64,000 bases of DNA from Macrostomum hystrix (Eukaryota; Animalia; Platyhelminthes), in NCBI GenBank assembly GCA_950097015.1, contig CATNEN010000001.1, forward strand, positions 5,456,001 to 5,520,000. Reading direction: 5' to 3'. The notes under the pieces were generated by a model. The model had not been told where the DNA came from and searched no databases. It worked only from the letters and a program-made list of their open reading frames with translations. Of this stretch, positions 56,273 to 64,000 are shown piece after piece; position 1 is the first letter of the stretch; each line of letters starts with the position of its first letter. The position numbers and the translations under genes are program-made.

Positions 56273-58731
56273 CCACAGCCACAGCAGCAGCAGTATCTTC
56301 AGCCGTTGAGGCAACAGCACTTGCAGGCAGCAAGGTCACCGCCTAAGGTTGGCTTTGAAATCGAAACACTGACCGAAGCAGAAGAGCCTGCTGCATCAGT
56401 GGAGCTTCCTTCCTCGTTTGGTTCGAGAAAATCTGACCGATTCCCAGAGATGCTACAAGAGGAAAAACAATGCGACCTCGGCGAAACTTCCAAGGAACAT
56501 AAAGAACAGAGTTCTCAGGGAAGTTCTGGCGATTTCGATTTTGAGATGATCGCGGCGCTGCCTGATGATGTCACATCGGGCTCGCTAACTGAATTCGAAC
56601 GACTGGAACGGGAGCTGGAAGCTGCTGAAAAGTCGCCGCCTTCAGTTGAAGCCGTCATGGAGGACGTCGAGGAGGTTGACGAAACACTTCAAGAGCAAGA
56701 TGAAGAGACTCTTAAAGAGCAGCACGAGCATCAGATTTTTTCTGATGCTTCAAAGATCGTCGAAGCCCTCGCATCGCCCGAAGTGTCATTCAGAGAGGTA
56801 GACAGAGACGTCGACAGTCTCGGCGAAGAAGACGACGAAGAAGAGCCACCGGCTGCAGCGGCACTGAGACGCTTTCCGCCAGGTCGGGCTAAAAAAATGA
56901 CTCCAGTGATGGAGACCTCGATGGCATCGTCTGTGTGCGCCCCAAGCGAAGTGGACTCGCTCACTGAAGAGGCCCAGCTGGCCATGACGAGGAGCGTCGA
57001 TAGCATCGATGAGGACGCGTCGGCAACGGCGGCATCGGCTGGCAGCGACGGAGGCAGCGGCTGGACACTGGGCTACGCCATGACGACAGACAAGGTGCGA
57101 GTTGTGCCAGAGCCAGCTGCCGTGATGGCCGCTTCAGCAGACAGTCTCGACTGGGAGGCTCAAGGAGGAGCGGATGCTGATGCGGCAGCCGACGAGGAAA
57201 CTTTAGGTACAGATCGACTCTAGCCTATCGGCTAGTACATTCCCGACTCGAACTTCTCTTCCCCCTGCTCTCCATCTTTTCTCTATCTTCATTTCTCGCC
57301 CAAAAATCACAAGCCAGTCTTTTGTGATTGGAGTTACCAATCGAAGCAATGACCATGGTAATGAAAGTCGTTGTGGATAAGTCTTTTTCTTAAGTTAGCC
57401 TTTCTAATTGTAGTGAAGCCAATAATACTGATTCTAATATTTTTTTACATTCACAAAACTTTCATCCTGCTTAGTTAAAAACTAGAAATTATTTTGCTGT
57501 TGTCGATTTAGTCAGAAAATTCTATGTAATGAGCACCTTATAACTTGTAGTTCACTGACTAAACGCAGTATTTTATTTTCGCTTGCCTGCACTTTCCGTG
57601 CGTTTGTTTATCGCAAGACTGTTTTCACAATCTTCAGCTAGCATTAACAGGAGGCGCATAATTTAAAATCGATTTTTTTTCATAATAACAAAAATTTAAT
57701 TTACTAATCATGGCAATAGCAGTAGTCGGCATTAAAATCAATTATGATTTCTCGCAACTCGCGAATGGCTTCTAGAACGACGATGATTGGTTTAGAAAAC
57801 TGGATACACGGATGCATTAGTCTCCACTAGCCAATAACTTTCGAGTATAATATAAGGACTAAATGTGCGTTAAAATGAAATCTAATTTTATGGGGCCAAA
57901 GCTGTAACAAATAAGGAAGACTTCAGCTAAGTTGAAGAATATCACAGACCAGATAATGACATCAGAACCTGAGCCACGTACGGACACTTCCGTTGAGGAG
58001 TCTAAGCAGATGCAACAGTGTTCGACCACAGCTGTTGAAGTCGAGGAGCTGCAGGGTGCTGTTGGAACCAGCGAAAACTTTGAAGCCACAGCCGCAGCTA
58101 GCGGCAGCTGTCAACCTTCGCATAAAACTGCGGCGGTTGCCACCGCGACTGCAGTGGGCAGAAAATTAGGGCACGGTGAGAACAAAGGCTTGGTTACTAA
58201 AATAGCGTTCGATTTGGCTTTGAATAAAACTTGAAACACAAAGGCCACATGTCTACCAGCAAAAGTGTCTTGTCGACAAACTTTCAGACATGTCAGTGAT
58301 GAGTATGGACGAAGACTATGTTGTTGAGATGGATCCTAGGGAGCACGACCACTTTCTGTCTGAGGGTATCCCAGAAGAGTATCGTAAGTTTCACTAACAC
58401 AGCTTATTACATTGGCAAAACAGGCAAAACTGTAGGTAGCCATCAATGTTTGTTCGATTGTCCTAGAATTCGGTTTCAAGTATTCCAAGTTTCAGTCCGA
58501 CCAAGATTCTGTTTGTAGTTTAAAGTCGGTCGTCTATTTTTCGAATTTAACAATTAAGCTACTAAACCACTGTTTTTTGTGTTGCGATGCAACCTAACTT
58601 TCGTCTTGTTAAGTTTCCAATCACATATATCATTGCCAACATGTCTAAAACTTTTCTACTAAAGCAAACCTTAAAAAATGCATTGCATCATCCAATTTGC
58701 AGACGGGACAACTCCAGCATCAACAAGATGA
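17893..58731 (+). CDS. Ank2: Canonical/giant ankyrin (ANK repeats-ZU5A-ZU5B-UPA-death domain-giant exon). Core exons 26044-26145, 30531-31007, 31086-31961, 32164-32745, 33527-33746, 34708-34800, 34921-34994, 35604-35776, 38282-39326, 39448-40432, 40501-40668, 41138-41203, 41731-41796, [43164-57206], 57948-58175, 58288-58383, 58703-58731
   Basis: Diagnostic ankyrin sequences: [106 protein letters not shown], plus a death domain (DWPLAARELGLS..ATGNALEAALRRIGRDDVV). Exon phases chain consistently. The symbol indicates the family (Ank2/unc-44 type), not proven orthology; 5' and 3' small exons are less certain. Confidence 0.93.
18350..18785. repeat. 20-21-bp minisatellite (GGGAAGGTTGGTTCTG[T/G]CA[C/T]T)n
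   Basis: About 20 copies. Confidence 0.93.
19213..19545. repeat. 21-bp minisatellite (CTGGTTAAAACACCCTCGCCT)n
   Basis: About 16 near-identical copies. Confidence 0.95.
19900..20123 (-). mobile_element. Second tRNA-derived SINE family (B); related fragments near 3520-3545, 5465-5490 and 38095-38172
   Basis: The minus strand reads ...GACCTGGAGGTCGGGAGTTCGAGTCTC (B box). CAGCCGTTCAGTCCGTGGACTGG also recurs, approximately, at ~3519-3543. Confidence 0.5.
20195..20560 (+). mobile_element. SINE family A, full-length copy
   Basis: A and B boxes, complete body and 3' GCTGCGGG...CCCGCAGCC stem. Confidence 0.9.
21055..21174 (+). CDS. Candidate ankyrin alternative first exon 1b (MAMSFYELDSSLSLLLEADAAQLSASRLVASQTIGDLKSE)
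   Basis: ATG-initiated 40 codons ending at GAG|GTAAGC, phase 0. Confidence 0.5.
21320..22620. repeat. 11-bp purine-rich minisatellite (GATCGGGGAGA)n interleaved with two duplicated SINE-tail blocks
   Basis: Direct reading; SINE 3' end plus flank at ~21356-21485 and ~21711-21840. Confidence 0.93.
24039..24356. repeat. (GATA/TAGA)n microsatellite
   Basis: Direct reading. Confidence 0.96.
24798..24869 (+). CDS. Candidate ankyrin alternative first exon 1c (MEAKPEESSPPSRIFGTDLTTSSS)
   Basis: AGAATGG start context; phase-0 donor GTGGGT at 24870. Confidence 0.5.
25287..25319 (+). CDS. Candidate ankyrin alternative first exon 1d (MDSLGSAFSLD)
   Basis: ATG plus 11 codons, phase-0 donor GTAAGA at 25320. 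Confidence 0.5.
25650..25930 (+). mobile_element. SINE family A copy with internal deletions
   Basis: Head, body hairpins and (AAT/TAT)n tail match the other copies. Confidence 0.85.
26044..33746 (+). CDS. Ankyrin membrane-binding domain exons (21 recognisable ANK repeats)
   Basis: Repeated G-x-T-[PA]-L-H-x-A-A motifs across exons 26044-26145, 30531-31007, 31086-31961, 32164-32745 and 33527-33746. Confidence 0.95.
26340..26845. repeat. Degenerate ~20-bp minisatellite (AAATCCTCAGCGGTTTCCTC)n
   Basis: About 24 copies, intronic. Confidence 0.9.
27400..27752 (-). mobile_element. SINE family A, antisense, full-length
   Basis: Reverse complement of the consensus, including the tail. Confidence 0.9.
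29358..30141 (+). mobile_element. Internally deleted Tc1/IS630-superfamily DNA transposon with 87-bp TIRs and TA target duplication
   Basis: TIRs at 29358-29444 and 30055-30141 are near-perfect reverse complements, flanked by TA (29356-57, 30142-43). Confidence 0.9.
29596..30054 (+). pseudogene. Truncated Tc1/IS630-like transposase (N-terminal HTH domains only)
   Basis: ...SRSNIAR*LNVKRKTVTSIRRRYELTG..RGGDRVPKL..LDENPLLTLKEMRRLL..LSEATVSRAL..ITLK. In-frame TGA at 29749-29751; no DDE domain. Confidence 0.82.
30144..30480 (-). mobile_element. SINE family A, antisense, abutting the transposon
   Basis: Reverse complement of the consensus. Confidence 0.88.
35007..35087 (+). repeat. Intronic ~80-bp duplicate of ankyrin exon sequence 33552-33632
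   Basis: CCAAGCAGAAAAATCA[C/T]GTCGAGATTTTC...GAGGCTAGTTGGGATA occurs twice with about 3 substitutions. Confidence 0.9.
37008..37096 (+). CDS. Candidate internal first exon of an ANK-less ankyrin isoform (MTISSSNDCLANCQNSTDPNQQDAPDLDR)
   Basis: ATG-initiated, 29 codons + 2 nt, donor GTGAGT at 37097. Phase 2 matches the ZU5 exon acceptor at 38282. Confidence 0.5.
38282..39326 (+). CDS. Ankyrin ZU5-A/ZU5-B and start of UPA (spectrin-binding domain)
   Basis: [72 protein letters not shown]. Confidence 0.96.
39448..40432 (+). CDS. Ankyrin UPA remainder and death domain (single exon)
   Basis: DKTLE..EVLDG, GNL, PFRENRL, then the death-domain helices. Confidence 0.92.
41983..42518 (+). CDS. Candidate alternative 3' terminal exon of a short ankyrin isoform (Ser/Thr/Gln-rich, ends GNSDGG*)
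   Basis: Phase-1 acceptor TAG at 41980-41982, open frame to TAG at 42516-42518, AATAAA at 42755-42760. Confidence 0.55.
43164..57206 (+). CDS. Ankyrin giant exon (14,043 nt, 4681 codons, acidic and repetitive); read-through stop at 57221-57223 if not spliced
   Basis: Uninterrupted 4638-aa ORF in the track. The CAG acceptor at 43161-43163 is in frame (phase 1); candidate donor GTACAG at 57207 (phase 1). Confidence 0.9.
44257..47500 (+). repeat. Coding repeat array A in the giant exon: ~14-aa (42-nt) unit EELEEKPQADARD(E)
   Basis: Translation of the giant ORF. Confidence 0.9.
48560..49170 (+). repeat. Coding repeat array B: ~10-aa unit EKETAQEEEL
   Basis: Translation of the giant ORF. Confidence 0.85.
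49540..53600 (+). repeat. Coding repeat array C: 11-aa (33-nt) unit ESLPVEEHEDR, about 120 copies
   Basis: GAGTCGCTTCCGGTCGAGGAGCACGAGGATCGT tandem units. Confidence 0.95.
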
Positions 58732-61159
58732 GTCTATTAACAAACAAATTTCATGGAACTACAAATTATAATGACATCCAATATATTATAAGACTTGTCT
58801 AAATTATAAGCTTTAATCTGTGCTAATTGTTAATCCCCTTTTGAAATCAAATCTGATGCATTGTACTACTGAAGCTGTGTTCGCATATCTTCATCTGGAT
58901 CCTATCTGGGGCTAGAAGGTAATTATAATTTAATATTTGCTAGCTCTATACGCTTAGCTTTTTATTCGATTGAAAATTAAGTAGGGCCTAGTAAGAGAGA
59001 ATTATATACGCAATTAACTGAAAAGCATGAGGACACTCAAACATCATCAATCTTAGTAATGGACAGGACGTAAAATTAAAGCAAGCATAGGATAGATGAG
59101 GGACTGATAAATATTTAAGGAGTATTTGGTAATGGATTCCCCAGAGAGGTATCCAGCATCTGTCATTGTTCGTTGGCTCCTCTGCGCCTAATTAATGGCA
59201 CACTAAGCCAAGAGTAAAAGTGCAACGACTATACCTTAGCCACTCAATTTGCGCATCTTTAAGACTGAATTGTAGTCATGAGTTCTTGAAATTATTTGAT
59301 CAATTCCCTGCTAATCAACTGCAATATTGTTTTCTGCTGCGTCCGTGTTCTCTGTCATATATTCTTCGTTCGTTTATTATGGGCCAATAAGTTCAAATTG
59401 CTGCGTAGATAGGTTCCGTTATCCATCAATATTCTACACGGACTAGACTAGTATGCCAATGCACTCTTTATAATTTTTATTGAACGCTTTATTTCCTCTG
59501 CTCAGCGACCGATTATAATGATTGCACTAAGTGTTAGAATTTACAAATTATAAAGCTTAACCTAAAATATTCAACATCTAGGTAGGAGTACCGATAGTAA
59601 ATACAGCTTTGCATAGTTTTTATATATTCATAAATCCTGGCTGCTTTCAAATAGTTAGATTACTGTACCCGCAGATTGTAAAAGCTTATGAAGCTGTAAT
59701 TATTTTCCTTGTGATTTTTGTGATTGTAAATTTTTCAGATTTTTATTTTGTGTCATGTTTGACGAGTATTTAAATATTACTACTGTTGTTAAAATAATAG
59801 AAAAATACTTCTTTTATTTTATTAACTTCAATAATTAGATTTTATCCGGGACATCCACCAACAAAATGATTTGTATCTTATTTCTGAATAACATTTTACA
59901 CTACTAATTAATTTGAAAATATCACAGCATGGCTAAAAACAGTAAAAGAAAATGCTAACGATAAAACAAATATCCCAATTTGATCTCTAACTCACGGATG
60001 TCCGGTGATGGGATCCTGTTATTCGGTTAATGGTTGATTGCACACAAATTTTATATATTTATAGTTTTTTGTTTAAGAATCATTCTCAATCACACTCAAT
60101 GCCTGTTAAATAGCAAGGCCTTTTGTCTCAATTTCGCTTTCGATCTTTTCAGTTAGTCGATCCAGCTTTGCTATTCAATTATGTGCTAGTTTAGCCTTTC
60201 TGATGTGTATTTTCATGAAAATCACAATTCGTAAGATCATTTCGTTCAAAACTGTTTCAATGCCGATGTGTTTTGGCACATTTCGTTTCTAGTTGCTTTA
60301 TCAAGACGAATCTTTCTATACAAATAGATTATTTATCAACCAACAAGTTGTTTTCTTTCATTTGGCTAAAATTCATAAAAACCAATAAAAGTGTTGTTTT
60401 TGCCGCAAAAGAAGACATAAATAAAATATTTCTAAAATTAAAGTCTTCTTCTCCGATGCAAAATATTCGTCATGATTTACCGAAAAACTCGTGCCTGCAG
60501 ATTCGTTATATTTAAGCCCTGCTTTCTGTTCGGTACGATCGCTACTAGTATTTACGATAGCTGCGATATTGTTTTATTTGTTTTGTTCACAAATTTTTCC
60601 TTCTAGAAGTTTTGGCTTGTAGCATATTGTTTCGCATTAGTTTAGCACAAATCTTTTAAATCTAGAAATTCTCGGTGTTGTTTTTCTAGTTTTATAGCTT
60701 TAACTGTGTTAAAAAGCTGTGTACGACGCATTCTCCCAGAACAAGTGCAAAAACTATAAATATTTCATTTAGCTTTTTTATTTTGAGTACCAGTGGACTC
60801 GTTAGTTTTTCAGCCAACTTCCTCTCAATTGTCCAGCAAAAACTGAATTTGAAAGTTTGCTGAATTCGTTTATTTTACTGAAGAATTCAAATAAACAAGT
60901 GGATACAATTTCTAGCAACTGAGGCGTATATAATACATGTACGTATATCATTACCAGCCACTGCTTTCGTACATGAAACATAAAATGGCGATTTTGTTGT
61001 TTAAACTGTAGCTATTAGTAGAAAGGCTTAAAAGCCAACGCTCATATTTTCACAGCCACTTAAAGGAAACTAGTTGTGTCCTTGAATTAGAAATTAGTTG
61101 ACTCCACATTGCTTCAGTTCACCCAAATGTACAGCTGCCCCTATGGGCAGAGTAGTAGA

Positions 61160-61305
61160 CTCGTGAGAGGCGATTCTGCCCATTCAGTTGACTCCTGAGC
61201 ACACATGCACTTACACAGGGTGTGTACATCTGCCCTGAGTTTCTCATCGCCAGGCAGTCATTCTCTATGCCGCGGAATCGAACTCAGGGACCTTGGCGCA
61301 TATGC
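61160..61305 (-). mobile_element. Deleted SINE family A fragment
   Basis: GACTCCTGAGCACAC...CATCTGCCCTGAGTTTCTCATCGCCAGGCAG...CCGCGGAATCGAACTCAGGGACCTTGG. Confidence 0.8.
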
Positions 61306-62114
61306 GATATGATATGTTTTAAGTGCCAATGGTTGCAGCAGACAAAAACTACTAGGTTTATAGTGCAAGACAAAATCTAAATTGGGACACCAGCTCATAT
61401 CGAGTTCCGCAGTCAGGTAAGAAGTGTTTTTTTGGCTTTGCATTCTAAACAATATTTTCTAGTCGCTATGCATACAATAATACACGCTACCCATATGCAC
61501 AATACTCACTAAATTAATTACATCCACGCAGCGATGCACTAAGAGGAGTTTCAAATGAGAAAAAACCCGACCGGAAGATCTCAAACGCGAAGTCACGCGC
61601 GGACTCAGCCCCATTGCTGCAACTGCAGCGACTGCTGGCATACACTGGAGAGAAGGGATGCGATTTGAATAGGCCGTCCGACTTGGGATTATTGGACAAG
61701 TATTAGAATGTGATTTTTATGTGAGATCTGGAATGAAAAGATGAGGAAAAGGCCAGGGAGAATGCTAGTGAGACAGAATGGAATTACGGTATAGAAATTT
61801 GGGATTTCTAGCACAGAAAGCGGGTTAAAAATAGACCATCAAAAATACCATCTTTGTTCAAAATGTATAGCGAACATGAAAAAATGTAATTTCAGGCTTT
61901 TTTCATTAAAAAATCCAAGAAAGAATTTTTGAATGAGCTTGAAAGTCTGAGCCAACTAAAAGATTCTTGTCATATATTCAAGCTGTGTAGGTATCTGATA
62001 AAAGTAAGAGTATTATTTGCTCATCATATTGGCTGCTAAGAAGGAAAGACAAGAAAAGATAAGAGTGAATTGGGGATAGGATCTGGAAAGAATTATAATC
62101 CGGAAGATTAAAGC

Positions 62115-63475
62115 GGAAGAGAGAGAAGAGTGAATGGGGAGAGAAAACAGTGAATGGGGAGAGAGAAGAGTGAATGGGAGAGAGAAGAGTGAATATGAGA
62201 GAAAAGTGAATGGGAGAGAAAACAGTGAATGGGGAGAGAGAAGAGTGAATGGGAGAGAGAAGAGTGAATATGAGAGAAAAGTGAATGGGGAGAGAAAACA
62301 GTGAATGGGGAGAGAGAAGAGTGAATGGGGAGAGAGAAGAGTGAATGGGAGAGAGAAGAGTGAATGGGAGAGAGAAGAGTGAATGGGGAGAGAGAAGAGT
62401 GAATGGGGGGGAGAGAGAAGAGTGAATGGGGAGAGAGAAGGGTGAATGGGGGGAGAGAGAAGAGTGAACGGGGGGAGAGAGAGAAGAGTGAACGGGGAGA
62501 GAGAAGAGTGAATGGGGAGACAAGAGTGAATGGAGGGAGAGAGAAGAGTGAATGGGAGAGAGAAGAGTGAATGGGAGAGAGAAGAGTGAATGGGGAGAGA
62601 GAAGAGTGAATTGGGGGGAGAGAAGAGTGAATGGGAGAGAGAAGAGTGAATGGGGAGAGAGAAGAGTGAATGGGAGAGAGAAGAGTGAATGGGAGAGAGA
62701 AGAGTGAATGGGAGAGAGAAGAGTGAATTGGGGGGAGAGAGAAGAGTGAATGGGGAGAGAAAACAGTGAATGGGGAGAGAGAAGAGTGAATGGGAGAGAG
62801 AAGAGTGAATATGAGAGAAAAGTGAATGGGAGAGAAAACAGTGAATGGGGAGAGAGAAGAGTGAATGGGAGAGAGAAGAGTGAATATGAGAGAAAAGTGA
62901 ATGGGGAGAGAAAACAGTGAATGGGGAGAGAGAAGAGTGAATGGGGAGAGAGAAGAGTGAATGGGAGAGAGAAGAGTGAATGGGAGAGAGAAGAGTGAAT
63001 GGGGAGAGAGAAGAGTGAATGGGGGGGAGAGAGAAGAGTGAATGGGGAGAGAGAAGGGTGAATGGGGGGAGAGAGAAGAGTGAACGGGGGGAGAGAGAGA
63101 AGAGTGAACGGGGAGAGAGAAGAGTGAATGGGGAGACAAGAGTGAATGGAGGGAGAGAGAAGAGTGAATGGGAGAGAGAAGAGTGAATGGGAGAGAGAAG
63201 AGTGAATGGGGAGAGAGAAGAGTGAATTGGGGGGAGAGAAGAGTGAATGGGAGAGAGAAGAGTGAATGGGGAGAGAGAAGAGTGAATGGGAGAGAGAAGA
63301 GTGAATGGGAGAGAGAAGAGTGAATGGGAGAGAGAAGAGTGAATTGGGGGGAGAGAGAAGAGTGAATGGGGAGAGAGAAGAGTGAATGGGGAGAGAGAAG
63401 AGTGAATGGGGAGAGAGAAGAGTGAATGGGGAGAGAGAAGAGTGAATGGGGAGAGTGAAGAGTGAATGGGAGATA
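62115..63475. repeat. 19-20-bp purine-rich minisatellite (GAGAGAAGAGTGAATGGG[G])n
   Basis: About 65 copies; explains the long minus-strand pseudo-ORFs. Confidence 0.96.
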
Positions 63476-64000
63476 AGAAAAGACCGTAATACTAGTTTAC
63501 ATATATCAATAGCTTCATAACGAAACAGAGCTCGAATGTAACATAAATAAATGTTCACGAGGCTCAGTTGCGTAGGTAGGCGTCAGATGTCTAGGAAGGA
63601 AATATTTTTTGTTACTACGCTCGTACATTTCCAGGAAAGACTGGCATTAATTATTCGGCATCGCAAATTACCGAGACCGCAGAATACATTCAGTGAAATT
63701 TCGAAAAAAAATTGTCATCCGTTTCTCCAGCTAAATTGTCTAAAATGAAGTCTGCTACACAAGCAACGACCGGACAGGGCCACGCCCATAAATTGCTTCT
63801 ATTATAAAACTGTGCGAACAACATCTTTTGAAATTCAATGAAATGCCCTGCTGACAGAGGAAAGTGAAATTTTTCAGAGATGAAAGCAATTTATTAATAA
63901 AAGCAAAAATGACGGACAATTTGTCTGGCTCGTTTCTTCGCTTCCCATAATATCAAAGCAGTTGTTTTAGAATTATTGGATTATTAGGATTTTTGTCTGG

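Noticed and set aside
61380-61700. Possible minus-strand exon(s) with a GTGAGT donor near 61510
   Set aside because: No recognisable protein similarity and no convincing continuation.
61978-63558. 526-aa and 343-aa minus-strand ORFs
   Set aside because: Translations of the GA-rich minisatellite.

Overview
Eukaryotic (metazoan) genomic DNA with GT-AG introns, many minisatellites and tRNA-derived SINEs. The compact introns and dense 20-21-bp minisatellites resemble a free-living flatworm such as Macrostomum; this is an inference only. There are three + strand protein-coding genes. (1) The 3' part of a class C GPCR of the metabotropic glutamate receptor family (2195-8418; 5' exons lie upstream of the window). 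Its distal-carboxylate lysine is replaced by Leu (YEQEGLV), as in insect mXR/mangetout-type receptors. (2) A secreted PAN/apple + fibrinogen-C (FReD) protein (10440-12877). (3) A canonical ankyrin (ANK repeats-ZU5-ZU5-UPA-death domain, ~17.9-58.7 kb). The ankyrin has at least four phase-0 candidate alternative first exons, an internal candidate first exon that would give an ANK-less isoform, only 21 recognisable ANK repeats, and an alternative short 3' terminal exon. It also has a ~14-kb (4681-codon) giant exon after the death domain, built from three acidic tandem-repeat arrays bracketed by a recurring E-[TS]-x-V-L-A-V-x-L-R motif. The window also holds about 8 copies of a highly structured tRNA-headed SINE, a second older SINE family, a deleted Tc1/IS630-type DNA transposon with 87-bp TIRs, and about 11 micro/minisatellite arrays. 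All exon boundaries were read manually from splice signals and frame continuity; none is transcript-confirmed.
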